DNA from: Octopus vulgaris
Lineage: Eukaryota
DNA: 64,000 nucleotides
Direction of reading: 5' to 3'
Assembly (NCBI GenBank): GCA_951406725.2
Contig: OX597823.1
Location: forward strand, 105,710,001-105,774,000
The notes under the pieces are model-generated. The model had not been told where the DNA came from, did no database searches, and worked only from the letters and a program-made list of their open reading frames with translations. Positions 42,073-56,068 of the stretch are shown here, one piece after another; within the stretch, counting starts at the first letter, position 1, and each line of letters opens with the position of its first letter. The position numbers were made by a program, and so were the translations under genes.

Positions 42073-42583
42073 CCAAGCCCCCTGACTACGGTGAAAGAAG
42101 TTGTGTTGCGTACGAGGCTGAAAGTTATAAAGACAGAGAAGACAGAAATATTCCTCTTTGGTAGGAGACCAAATCGACATTTTCAAGTTTCACTTGAAAG
42201 AGAAAGTAGAAAGGAAAGAGCTGTCCCCAAGTGAATTAATTGAAATGTGGGTGAAAGTGCTGAAAATGGCAAGAGCGGATGGCCCCGCTCTTCGTAAAGG
42301 CCTGTGAGTCGGCGGAGAGAAACTGGAGAGGGCACTTGCATATGGAGTTTAAGAATATCTTGGATGGTAGATTTCCTCGATTAACCCTAGATGTTCTTGC
42401 ATCAAGAGTGTCACATGACTAACACAACATTTTAATACTGGTGTATACCACATATACTTAGCTTCTCTTAAGAATATTTTATACCATGTGTATATATATT
42501 GTTTTCTTTTCATTCCGTTCTATGTAAATTCTCACACTTTATGCCTGCCTCTATCTTTCGCCCTGGTGGCAAATAAAATAAAC
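42073..42583 (+). mobile_element. 3' end of a probable L1/Tx1-clade LINE with 3'UTR, AATAAA and (ATC)/(ATT)n tail
   Basis: Decayed translation VKEVVLRTRLK...FKFHLK(RKV)..ERKELSPSELIEMWVKV resembles the L1/Tx1 ORF2 C-terminus (family call from memory). Ends GGTGGCAAATAAAATAAAC plus a microsatellite. Confidence 0.55.
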
Positions 42584-42600
42584 TATCATCATCATCATCA

Positions 42601-42702
<102 letters not shown>

Positions 42703-43168
42703 TTATTTATAGTAGTAGTAGTAGTAGTAGTAGTAGTTAGCAGTTGCTGTTGTTGTGGTGGTTCAAAAGAACGAGGAACTGTAGTGAAATCATAGACACA
42801 ATGAAAGGATGAAGATGTGTCCTCTATCTTATAGGAATGAAGGAACATCTAGCACAACAACAACAACAACAAACAGAAAGAACACACGAATAGCGATTAA
42901 GTGGCTAAGAATAATATATTGATAAGTGGAAAGAAGATACACATATTGTTGTGTAAAAGATACCTAACAGATTTTCTCTCTCTCTCTCTCTTGTTCTCTC
43001 TCTCCCCTCTCCCCGTCCCCTGCTTTCCCTCCCTCCCTCTTATCTATATGTGTACTTATATATGCATATTCGCCTATATATATATATGTACATGTATGTA
43101 TATATGTATATATATGTATATATGTATATGTATAATTATGTATATGTATAAGTATGTATATATATAAG

Positions 43169-43217
<49 letters not shown>

Positions 43218-43348
43218 ATATATGTACATGTATGTATATATGTATATATGTATGTATATGTATAAATATGTATATATATATATATATACATACATACATA
43301 TATACATACATATATATGTATTTATATACATATATATATATCTATATG

Positions 43349-43407
<59 letters not shown>

Positions 43408-43420
43408 ATATGTATATATG

Positions 43421-43467
<47 letters not shown>

Positions 43468-44430
43468 AGAGACAGAGAGACGGAGAGAGAGGCAAAGAGA
43501 AAAAAAGACAGGAAAACAGAAAGGGGGAGAGAACCCGAAAAATATACATATACACCTAGAGACAAACTTAAACACATGCACCCTATATATATGTGTGTAT
43601 GTGTGTGTGTGCGTGTATGTGTGTGTGTGTGCGTGTGTGTGTGCCTATACATGAGTGCGTGTGCATATGGGCTAATGCAAATTTGCAAGCAATTATAAAC
43701 TAAAGTTGTTCTAGATACAGTGAAGTTGCTGAGTGTGGTGGTAGAGCTGGTAATACCAATACTGGCTCTTGTGGCGGTAGTAGTAGTAGTAGTAGTAGTA
43801 GTAGTAATGGTGGTGGTGGTGGTGGTAGTAGAGGAGGTTTTGGTTGGTTGGCAGGTGTGTTAGATGTTTGTGTAGATTGAAAAACTGAAGAAACGAAATA
43901 ACAATGAATGCAGGTCTGTATTTCAACACGCAACGATGTCCAGGAAAATCTCCATCTGCTGACCATCGGACTGTCAGGCGCGTTAGCTTACTCTGCTTAT
44001 TGATCGTACAGCACGGAAAATAAAGAAACACACACATACACAGGCATACACTCGTACATGCGCATACTCACACACACACATACAACACACACGCGCACAA
44101 AACAAACAGGCGTATATACAAATCATGTGTGTGTGTGTGAGAGTACAAATAATAGTAAAAATTCATGATGATGAGGTGATGATGATGGCGAAGGAGAAAT
44201 AATATGAAAATATACACCAAAATAATGATAGCAGGGATAAAAGAAGAACAAAAGAGAGAGAGAGAGAGAGAGAGTGAGCGAGAGAAAGAGAGGGAGAGAG
44301 AGAGGGAGAGAGAAAAATATCTGTGTGCATATATGTGTGTGTATATGTGTGTTCATGTTTGAATATATATGTTCATATCTGTGCGTGTATATGTATATAT
44401 ATATATATATATATGCATATATATATTTGG

Positions 44431-44464
<34 letters not shown>

Positions 44465-44724
44465 ATGTGTGTGTATATATGTATATATATATATATATAT
44501 ACGTACACATGATATATGTATATGTAGGTTTGGTGATTCAAAGAGGAAAATAAGTTCCAATGCACGAAACTCTCAGCCCCTGAGTCACTGTGACTTTTGA
44601 AGATTATTCATAAAAGCCGTGCATATATAAACACGCGTACATATGTATGTGTGTATGTGCATGTATATATATAAATACATATATGTGTGTGTATGTGTTT
44701 GTGTGTTTGTTCGTGTGTGTGTGT

Positions 44725-44785
<61 letters not shown>

Positions 44786-45564
44786 CGTAGTAGAAGATGT
44801 AGAAAGTTGTGGCAAGAGTGGCCAGAAATAAGGTTTGCTAAGGAGTTGGGGAGGATTAAGTTTTGGATAGAGAATGGGGCAGTTATGGGTAGAGGATGGA
44901 AGTGGAAGAAATATAGGGGAGTGAGTGGTGGTAATAGTAAATGTGGGGATTTGTGGAAACAGGTGGTGGACGGAAGAGAAGCTGGAAACGGAAAGCAAAG
45001 GAGAGAGAAAAGAGAAAGTAAGGGAGAGGGGGTGAGGGTGGGAGATGGTGTGGGGGGAAGAGAGAAAGGGAGAGAGAAAGAATGCGAGGGTGACGCAGTG
45101 ATGTAGAAAGTGAAAGTGAAAGTTGTTTTGAATAGAAATGAAATAAAACAAGGGAAAAGGACAACAAAGATAATAATGCTGCTGCTGATGATGTTGATGG
45201 TGATGATGATAAAGATGGCGACGACGACGACGACGGTGAGCTAGTCAATGAGGAAGAGGGTGGTGACGGCAACGACGATGATGATGATGATGATGACGAT
45301 GACGATGATGCTGGTAAGGAGGAGAAGGAGGACAATGACGATGACAGCGACGATGACGGCGACGACGACGAGGACGATGATCATGATGATGATAATGACG
45401 ATGAGTATGAAGATGATGATAAAGAATAACTATGTTGCTGATAAAGGCAATAATTTTGATGAGGGCGACGAAGATGACACGGGCGATGATGATGATGATG
45501 ATTATGGTGACGACATAGGCAATATCTTCCTTGTGTGCTTAAACGGTCATCGCAATACAATATC

Positions 45565-45627
<63 letters not shown>

Positions 45628-46081
45628 TATATGTGTGTGTGTGTAATATATATGTATATATTTATGTATATAAATGTGTGTATACATGCATATATATATA
45701 TGTGTGTGTGTGTAATATATATATGTATATATTTATGTATATAAATGTGTGTATATATATGCATATATATATGTGTGTAATATATATATATATATATTTA
45801 TGTATATAAATGTGTGTATATATGCATATGTATATATATGTATATATATATAACATATATATATATATATATATATATTTAATACATGAATGTGTTTGTT
45901 CGTATGTACATGAGAGTGTGTATGTGTGTTGTATGTTAGTATGCGCGCGTGTGTCATTTCTATATGGCGTATCGATGTGTGAACGTGATAACTGGAAGGC
46001 AAATATACAAAACACATAGGTATCAAAACTCCTATAGATGGAAGGAGAGAGAGAGAGAAAAGCCGCAGAGAGAAAGACAGG

Positions 46082-46122
<41 letters not shown>

Positions 46123-47146
46123 AATAGAGGGTGTTGATTAGTTGAATAGCTGTGTGTCTTGCATGTCTGCATGTCTGCATGCCTGGCTGCCTGACTGGAC
46201 GGCTGGAGGGACGAATTTTTAGATGGACAATGGGATAAAGAGGATGTGGGGCGAGAAAATAAGGGGGAAAAAGAGATTGATGGGGGAGAAAAATGTTTGC
46301 ATATATGGACGTATGTACGTACGTGTGTATGTATATATGTGTGTATGTATGGGTGGATGTATCTATGGATGTATAGATGGGTGGATAGATGGATGGATGG
46401 AGGGAGGGAGGGAATATGGATTGGGGAGGAGGCTGTATGGATGGAATGAAAAGTTAACTGGACAAATAGGTCTAAGAATGGACAGTGGTAGAGATATAAC
46501 TGGAAACGGAGAGTGGAGGGGAAGAAATGAATGCCAAAAAAATAAATGAAATATAAAATAAAAAAGTAGAGAAATAAAGAAAGGTGAGGAAGAGTGAGAG
46601 GGAATAAGAGACAGATAGATGGAGATAAATGTGTGCAAGGGAGATGGTTGGACAGACGGATGGACACACGGGGTGGGGTGGTGGTGGTGATGTTAAATGA
46701 GGGAATCGGTTTTTGGGGATACATGTGTAGAAAAGGATGCAGGCATAGATGTATCTGTCAGTTTGAGAAAAAGATTAATACAATAGGGGTGGGGATGGAG
46801 CAGCGGAGATGAGCAGGAGTGGGAGTGAAGGGTTCGTGTGGAGGAAGAGGAGGAAGGAATATGGTAAAAACCGGAAGATGGAAGATGGGCGAATTAAATC
46901 TAGGTTGAAAAGAGAGATTAAAATCTGAAAGTAGAGGTGAGTAAATCTGGACATAAAGAGAAAAAGTGATAGATAGACAAACAGACAGACAGAAACATGG
47001 ATAGGATGAGATAGGTATACGCACATACACACACATACACACACGTGTGTGTATGTGTGTGTTAATGTGTGAGTATACATATATATATATATATATTTGT
47101 ATGCGTGTAAATATATGTACAATATATATAGATAGATATATATATG

Positions 47147-47188
<42 letters not shown>

Positions 47189-47198
47189 ATAGAAGGAG

Positions 47199-47245
47199 CT
47201 TCTACAGGACTAGAACTGTTTCATTCAGAAGAAATCATCAGGAAA
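47199..47245 (-). ncRNA. Type I hammerhead ribozyme candidate in a ~60-bp island within (TA)n
   Basis: Minus strand: TTTC / CTGATGA / TTTC-TTCT-GAAT / GAAA / CAG-TTCTAGTC-CTG / TA / GAAG. Canonical core and GUA triplet; stem II closes with a U.U mismatch. Confidence 0.75.
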
Positions 47246-47268
47246 TATATATATATATATATATATAT

Positions 47269-47526
47269 GGAGGCGCAATGACCCAGTGGTTAGGGCAGCG
47301 GACTCCCAGTCATAGGTTCGCGGTTTCGATTCTCAGGCTGGGCGTCGTTAGTGTTTATTGAGGCGAAAACACCTAAAGCTCTACGAGGCTCCGGCAGTGG
47401 GTGGTGGCGATCCCTGCTGTACTCTTACGCCACAACTTTCTCTCACTCTTTCTTCTGTTGGTCTGCTCACTTAGCCAACGGGGTGGGCGTCATTTGAAGG
47501 CTAAAACAATGCGGTGATCACGGTGA
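47269..47526 (+). mobile_element. tRNA-derived SINE, family G
   Basis: GGAGGCGCAATGACCCAGTGGTTAGGGCAGCGG (A box) ... GGTTTCGATTC (B box), then a unique body; flanked by (TA)n. Confidence 0.75.
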
Positions 47527-47828
47527 TATATATATATATATATATATATATGTGACCATGCACATGTATATATATATATATGCATATGCATGAATATATG
47601 AATATATATACATATATACATATATACATACATGTGCACAGTCATATATATATATAACCGTGCACATGCATGTATATATGTATATGCATAAATATATATA
47701 CATATGTACATACATGTGCACGGTCATATATATACATATATATATATGACTGTGTACATCTATGTATATATGTATACGCATGAATATGTAAGTATATATA
47801 TTTATACATAAATACATACATACATACA

Positions 47829-47860
<32 letters not shown>

Positions 47861-48266
47861 CATTTTTATTTACATGCCTTGAGTTTATAGGCATTAATAA
47901 CTCAGAATTAACTCAACCAGCGCATACGGAAGCATAGCTCTGAGAACCTATCAAAAGATTTCTGTGACAGTTAAACACACACCCAGCGGCTTAATTTCAA
48001 GACTTAGCTCAACGACGTTCCAACCGACAAGGTTTTACCAAGGGTATTTGATAAATACCCTAACAGTTGAAACGATCTGGAGCTTTGTTAAAAGTAAATG
48101 AACATTATAAAGCTCTACATTTATTTAATGCATTGAGTACTAAACCTGGCAACGAAAATAATACATACTAGCTGCACTCATAAAATTTCACGGAAAATAT
48201 AAAAATGTAAGCAGCTGTAAATTGTGTGCTGGTGCCATGAGAAATGTGTTTATATTGTGACAGTTA

Positions 48267-48658
48267 AAGACGGCAAGCTGGCAGAATCGTTAGCACGCCG
48301 GGCGAAATGCGTAGCCGTATTTCGTCTGCCGTTACGTTCTGAGTTCAAATTCCGCCGAGGTTGACTTTGTCTTTCATACTTTCGGGGTCGATAAATTAAG
48401 TACCAGTTACGCACTGGGGTCGATATAATCGACCTAATCCCTTTGTATGTCCTTGTTTGTCCCCTCTGTGTTTAGCCTCTTGTGGGTAGTAAAGAAATAG
48501 GTATTTCGTCTGTCTTTATGTTCTGAGTTCAAATTCCGCCGAGGTCGACTTTGCCTTTCATCCTTTCGTGGTCGATAAATTAAGTACCAGTTGCATACTA
48601 TCTAATTGACTGGCCCCTCCCACCAAACATTTTAGGACTTGTGCCTATAGTAGTAAAG
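48267..48658 (+). mobile_element. Dimeric SINE family B with 16-bp target-site duplication
   Basis: Monomer 1 ends ~48500; monomer 2 (48501-48658) lacks the start of the head. TSD TATATTGTGACAGTTA (48251-66) / TATATTGCGACAGTTA (48659-74). Confidence 0.92.
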
Positions 48659-48829
48659 TATATTGCGACAGTTACAGAATATTGAAAGAATGGTAAAACC
48701 GATAACTATATAATCCAACCAAAATATCTCAGTTACGCAAACGTAAACAGAATTACTATTTAGCCTTAAAATACATCGGACAGATTCAAAGAACCTTCTT
48801 GATGTTTAATGGCACGGAACGTTTTTCTC

Positions 48830-49025
48830 GTATTCTTTTACTTCCTTCAGTTATTTGATGGTGGCCATGCTGAAGCACCACCCTTTAGTTGAAGTAATTG
48901 ACCCCTGGATTTCTTCCCTGTAAGCCTGGTGCTTATTCTATCAGTCTCTTCTGCTGAACAGCTAAGTTACAGGGACACACATCAACATCGGTTGTCAAGC
49001 AATGGTGGTTGGGGTACAAACATAA
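48830..49025 (-). mobile_element. SINE family A 3' module
   Basis: GGCCATGCTGAAGCACC, GTAAGCCTGGTGCTTATTCTATC and CATCGGTTGTCAAGC. Confidence 0.78.
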
Positions 49026-50160
49026 ACGCATTCAAATATATATGTGTGTGTGTTTTAGTATTTGTTTACTTATATATCAATAAATGAGCCAATTGACCAA
49101 CCTTGTGTGGTTGTTCAATTTGCTAGAAATAACAGCCAAATCCCTCTCATGCTAAGCTCTTGTTAGTATTAAGTGAAGAGAAAAATAGAATTAATATTTT
49201 TGATTTTGTTCGGCTCAATGAGTTTAATTTTTTTAATGCTTTTATCCATTGCTTGATACAAGAAAAAATAAATAGGAAAAATCCTGACCAAAACAGAGAA
49301 ATTATAACTCAACAAAAATATAGAAAGAGAAACCCAAAAGATGTTCTTTAGCTGAGATGTAACTTTATAATTAAAACAAATTCAAAGTTTAAATTTCGGA
49401 ACATAAGACTTAACATGTTATCTGGTGTATGGCCAAATTCAGATGAGTTAAAACAAATGTTTGTGTGTCTGCGTGTATTATGTGTGTGTATTGTGTGTGT
49501 GTGATTGGGCTTTTAATAACCAGAGGTCAATTTCAGTCCAATCGCAGAAAAGAATTCAAAGGAATTCAGCCACTCCCTCTCACTCTCTCTCTCTCTTTCT
49601 TTCTCGCTTCCTCCCTCCCTTGCTCGACACGCGTCAAATTTAAGTATCTTAATTTCCCTATTAAGATTGCTGTTGCTTCGGTGGAACAGTAAGCATGGGT
49701 GTTGAGTAGTAGTAACACAACTCATGCGTGGTGCTTTCAAATCTCTTCCAGAAATTACAAGATATCCAGTTAAAGAATTTTATTTAAGCAACAAAATTTC
49801 TTTCAAAAATGTCTTTCTCTTAAGTGTGAATAATAATTAATATTATTGATGATAATTATATACAGGTCTCGATTTTCCGGGATGAATTATTCATTTCTAC
49901 GAACTAGGGGTGGTCACCATGTTCGACACACTTTCTATTAAACAAATGTTGAATTTACTTAAATAATTAAATAAAATACTGATACCTGTACATATGTATT
50001 AATGATACAAGTATATAAACAGTGTACCAACCAGTAAACTAGTTTGGTGATTACGGGAGTTTGAAGTTCTTGCTCATAAATTAGAGCAGATTATAAAACG
50101 TTCCGGACTACTGGAGTACGGAAAGTCGGCGTTCTACTTGTAATAATAATAATAATAATA

Positions 50161-50628
50161 GTTTCAAATTTTGCCACAAGGGCAGGTTGGGGGAGATGGG
50201 GATGAAACGATTATATCGATCCCAGTGTTCAACTGGTACTTGTTTTATCGACCCCGAAAGAATGGAAGGCAAAGTCGACCTCGGTAGCATTTGAACTCAG
50301 AACATAGTGACGGGCGAAATACGGCTAAGCATTTTGCCCGGCGTGCTCATGACTCTGCCAGCTAGTCGCCTTACTACTACTACTACTACTACTACTAATA
50401 ATAATAATAATTATAATCCTTTCTATTATAGGAAGAAGGCTTGAAATTTGGGGAAGGGGAAAATCGATTACATCATCTCCAGTATTCAACTGGTACTTAA
50501 TTTATCGACTCCGAAAGGATGAAAGGCATAAGTGACCTCGGCGGAATTCGAACTCACAACGTTAAGACAGACGAAATACCGCTAAGAATTTCGCCCGGCG
50601 TGTTAATGATTCTGCCATCTCGCCGCCT
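50161..50628 (-). mobile_element. Two SINE family B copies (50161-50372, 50416-50628) in (TAA)/(TAC) tracts
   Basis: Reverse-complement head and body motifs. Confidence 0.85.
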
Positions 50629-50681
50629 CAATAGCGATAATAATAATAGTAATAATAATAATTATTATTGTTGTTATTATT

Positions 50682-51041
50682 GTGGCTCTGTGGTAAGAAG
50701 CCTGCTTCCGAACGACATGGATCCGGTTTCAGCCCCACTGCAAGGCAACTTGGGCAAATGTCATCTGACGAGTGGATTTGGTAGGCGGAACCTGAAAGAA
50801 ACCCATCGTATATGTCTGTATGTGTGTGTTTGTGTCTGTGTTTATCTCGACACCACCGCTTGAGAACCGATGTTGGTGTGTTTACATCCCCGTACCTAGC
50901 GGCAAAGTAGACCGATATAATAACTACTAGGCTTACAAGGAATAAGTCTTGGAGTCGATTTCTTTGATTAGAAAAAACCCTCTAAAGCGGTGCTTCAGCA
51001 TGGCCGCAGTCTAATGACTGAAACAAGTAAAAGAATAAAAG
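50682..51041 (+). mobile_element. SINE family A
   Basis: Head, internal TG tract and 3' module ending CAAGTAAAAGAATAAAAG. Confidence 0.82.
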
Positions 51042-51806
51042 CATGTATGTGTGTGTCTGTGCGTGTGTTTGCGTGTGTGTGAACGTATGTGTGTGTGTGT
51101 GTGTGTCTATGGATAGAAGAGAAAGAGAGAGGGGAGAAAGAGACAAAAAGGAAAAGAAAGGATGAGGACGCGTATCTAATAGGGTGAATGATAGAGCTGG
51201 GTAATAGAGCTGGGTAATAGAGCTGGGTAATAGAACTTGGAGATAAGGTTGGGTGATTGATAGAAGTTGGTGGGCGATAGAGCTGAGAAAGAATTTTCCA
51301 TGGAAAAAATAAATCTAGTTATCTTCAAAGTTATGCATGTTATGGATTTTTGCAGGGAAGAATGAGGTCTAGCAAGAAATGGCGAAGGTTTGTGAATAAA
51401 CCTGACAACATGGACGATGGACACATTTCTACGTTCCGAAGCAGCATTAGCGTTAGAGTGACTGGCGTGGATGGTATGATGGGAAGATTGATGGTGGCGT
51501 CAGTGGGTAGGTGTTTGCTTGCTACTGGGCTTGGGTGTTTGTTTCACTTATGGTGGTGGTGATGGCGATGCCTGTGGCAGTGGTGGTGTTGATGGTGGTG
51601 GTGTCGGCTCTGTGTGTATTGCGTGTGAGCGTGTGTGTGTGTGTTTGTGCTTGTGTGAGTGAGTGTATGTTATGTGTGTGTGTGTGTGTGTTAGGGTGGT
51701 GGTTTATGTACATGGTTAGGTCAGGGGTACATTGAATAGCCTCTTTTGAAATTAGTCACGTCTCTGCATTTATGTAGCAGTATGAGCGAGCAAAAATATA
51801 TGAAAG

Positions 51807-51849
<43 letters not shown>

Positions 51850-51858
51850 ATGTCTGTA

Positions 51859-51897
<39 letters not shown>

Positions 51898-51985
51898 GTA
51901 TGTATTATATATATATATATATATACGTATGTATATATACTCTCGCTTTCTCTCTCTATAAATATATATATGTACGTATGCTTAT

Positions 51986-52020
<35 letters not shown>

Positions 52021-52262
52021 CACACGATATTAGATATGATGAAGTAAAAGTATATGCATATATGTAGGTGTGTATGAATGAGAAGAGAGAAGTTGGGGAG
52101 AGAGACGAGAGAGAAAAAGAGAACGAAGAGAGAAGGGTAAGAGAAAGTATGAGAGAGGGGGGAAAGTGACAGTTGAATGAGAAGAAGGCGGAGGTATATA
52201 CAAAAGCAGAGAAGAAGGGGAGAGAGGATGTAATAGCAGAGAATGAATAAAACTGAAAAAAA

Positions 52263-52332
<70 letters not shown>

Positions 52333-52445
52333 TTGTTGAAACTCGCACGCGTTTGTGCAATAAATACTAAGAAAACTAAAGACAAGAGAAGCAAGGAAAA
52401 TATATGTATATGAGCGTGGAGGACGAAAGAGGGGGGAAAAAGAGG

Positions 52446-52490
<45 letters not shown>

Positions 52491-52589
52491 GTTGAGGGAG
52501 AAGTTTACGAAAGAGTGAATATTAGTGTGAAAGTAAGATAAAGATAAAAGGAGAGCGGGTGAAAGAGAGAGAGAGAGAGGCTTATGCGA

Positions 52590-52694
52590 CAGAAGAAAAA
52601 GCTACATGGTGGATGAGAGAAAATGGCGTAAAAAGAGAGGGAAAAAATCAACATAGGACTAAAAAGAAAATGTGTGAAAGAGAGGAAAATATAT

Positions 52695-52739
<45 letters not shown>

Positions 52740-52948
52740 AAGAAAAAGAGACGGACTTGTGGGATAAAATAGAAAGCTACATGGTGGATAAGTGAGAGAG
52801 AATGTAAAAAGAGAGTTTAAAAAAATCAACATAACGTGATAAAAAGGTATGTAAAAGAGAAGTAGATAGGCAGATAGATAAAGAGAGAGAGAGAGGGAGA
52901 GAGAGAGAGGGAAAAAGGGGGAGAGAGAAAAAAAAGAGAGGAAGAGGG

Positions 52949-52984
<36 letters not shown>

Positions 52985-53135
52985 AGGGAGAGAGAGAGAG
53001 AGAGACTTGTACGATAGAGCAGAAAGCTACATGGTGGATAAATGAGAGAAAATGGCGTAAAAAGAGAAGAAAACATCAACATAGGAAATACGTAAAAGAG
53101 AAGTAGATAGATAGATAGAGTGAGAGAGAGAGAGA
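52590..53135. repeat. Three diverged copies of a ~175-250-bp unit with (GA)n spacers
   Basis: AAAGCTACATGGTGGAT...GTAAAAAGAGA...ATCAACATA recurs at ~52598, ~52773 and ~53023. Confidence 0.85.
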
Positions 53136-53752
53136 GAGGGAGGGAGAGGGGGCAAGCAACCTTGAGAAGAGATATACGAATGCGTAAGGGGAATAGAGGA
53201 AGTGAAATAGATAGAGTAGATTATTTGAGAGGGTAGGACAGATATAGGAGGGTGTAAAAGATGCGTGTGATATAAATATATAGGAAAGGGGAAATGAAAC
53301 AGAGAAACATGCATGTGGTTTGTGTATGAGTGTGTATTATGTGTATGTGTGCGTGTGTACGTGTGTATGTGGCGGAGTAACAGAGTGTGCCGTGACAGGA
53401 TGAATATTAAAAAAGAAAAAAAAACCCCTCAAGATGGAATGTAGTTGAGCATTATATAGCATAGAGGGAAATAAGGGGTGGAAGACATAAGAGAGAAAAG
53501 AAGAAGAAAGAGAGAGATAGAGATAAAGAGAGAGAGAGAGAGAGGTGGGGGGGGGAGGATAGGTGGGAGGGAGAGAAAGAAGGAAAGCGAGAGAAGTGGA
53601 GAGAGAGGGAGAGAGAGAGTGAGAGCGAGAAAGGAACATCGAAACTAAGAAAAGAAACAAATATGAAAAGTATTCATGTGTGTGTTTATGTTTATGTTTA
53701 TGTCTTCCAGTTTCAGCTCTTGAGCTGTGGCCATGCTGGGGCACCGACATTT

Positions 53753-53786
<34 letters not shown>

Positions 53787-53796
53787 CATATATGCA

Positions 53797-53840
<44 letters not shown>

Positions 53841-53842
53841 TA

Positions 53843-53897
<55 letters not shown>

Positions 53898-53986
53898 TTA
53901 TATATATGTATATGTATATCTATACATATATTTATATATATATATATATATATCTTTATATATATGTATATGTATATCTATACATA

Positions 53987-54031
<45 letters not shown>

Positions 54032-54064
54032 TTATGCATAAATATATATACACACACTGATATA

Positions 54065-54111
<47 letters not shown>

Positions 54112-54194
54112 GTACACAATCACACACGCATATATACGTATATTTATACATGCATATACTGTTATGTACATATTATATAACATAAGCACCTAAT

Positions 54195-54239
<45 letters not shown>

Positions 54240-54716
54240 CAGTTACATATTTCTATATAAAAATATCGGCTATATATATATATATATATATATGTTCGTG
54301 TGTGTGTGTATCAACCTGTGCGTGTGTCAGTGTGTGTGTATTTATGCACGTATATATACACCTACAGGCTTACATCCTAAGGTACCCGCTAACACACTCA
54401 CACATACGCGCGCGCGGTTAAACGCAACCCACCCCCTGAACACATAATTTTTTTTTAAAAAGCTAAGTCCATCGGAGACGTTACCCGGAGTTACTCTTAC
54501 GTGTTACAGGAAAGAAATGCTAAACTCCGAGTAGAGACTCAACTAAACCAAGCTTTAAATAAGTTAATATTCATCTATTTATTCTACGGCCAGTATTGAG
54601 TAACTTTTCCGCTTAATTGCATCTCACACCTGATTGAAACAAACATATTTATATATTTATAAGTGTGCATGTGTGCACATGTATGTATGTGTGAGACAGT
54701 GTATAAAATATTTGTG

Positions 54717-54761
<45 letters not shown>

Positions 54762-54831
54762 GATACATATATATATTTATGTATGTATATATATATATAT
54801 ATATATATACATATATATTGTATATGTATGT

Positions 54832-54892
<61 letters not shown>

Positions 54893-55033
54893 AATATATA
54901 TGTGTGTGTATACATACATATATATGTACATCCATGTATGTTACATATGTATAAATACGCATAGATAACTAAGTTTCCTGCATGTCGGGCAAATTCTAAT
55001 TTCGTAAATATATGTGAATGTACGTCGAGTTTT

Positions 55034-55064
<31 letters not shown>

Positions 55065-55366
55065 TGCACACACACACACATATGCACACATATGCACACA
55101 TACATACACAGACAGACACACGCACGCACACACGTACACACACATGTCTTTGTGTGCATGCATGTGCGCGTGTGCGCCGAAACACGTGTATATCCCTATG
55201 TATACACACGTAATTATAAATACACACATATAAAATATAAGATATAATATATGTTATTGTGTGTGTATGTGTGTGTCTATAAACAACTCAGGAAAACCCA
55301 ATGAAGGAACGGGAGAGGGAAGAGGGAATCAAGAGATAAAAAAACAGCAGAACATACGGTTGTAAG

Positions 55367-55454
<88 letters not shown>

Positions 55455-55465
55455 GTATATATATG

Positions 55466-55496
<31 letters not shown>

Positions 55497-55583
55497 GTGT
55501 GTGTGTCTGTGTGTATACACACACACACACGCACATACATATAAAAATATGTTATATAATATATACATATATTGCAAACAGAT

Positions 55584-55691
<108 letters not shown>

Positions 55692-56017
55692 GTATATACA
55701 TATGTATATAGGTATATATATATATATATGTGCGTGTGTATATATGTATGTATGCATTACATATGTGTATGAGTGTATGTACGAATCTGTAGGTATGTCC
55801 ACGCGACAGGGTAGAGTGGATATTGGGCTGACTGGGAGACAGGTAGAGAGAAAGAGAGAGAGAGAGAGAGAGAGGAGGAGGAGATAGAGAATGAAAGACA
55901 TCGAGACTGGATGAGAGTGAGAGAGGAGGAGGGAGAAGGAGGGAGGGATGAAGATGGAGAAGAAAGGATGAGAGTAGCGGAATGGACTGGAATTTGTAAA
56001 ATCGGACAAAAAACATG

Positions 56018-56018
56018 T

Positions 56019-56068
<50 letters not shown>

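Noticed and set aside
44559-44590. GAAA-CTC...GAG-TC hammerhead half-motif
   Set aside because: No upstream CUGANGA or stem I; compatible with chance.
47269-47340. tRNA gene
   Set aside because: A/B boxes are present but there is no complete cloverleaf, and it continues into a SINE body. The same applies to the heads at 17492, 28727 and 48267.
51191-51234. 13-bp unit ATAGAGCTGGGTA x3, and a 22-bp duplication at 32255-32298
   Set aside because: Ordinary local slippage duplications with no further structure.
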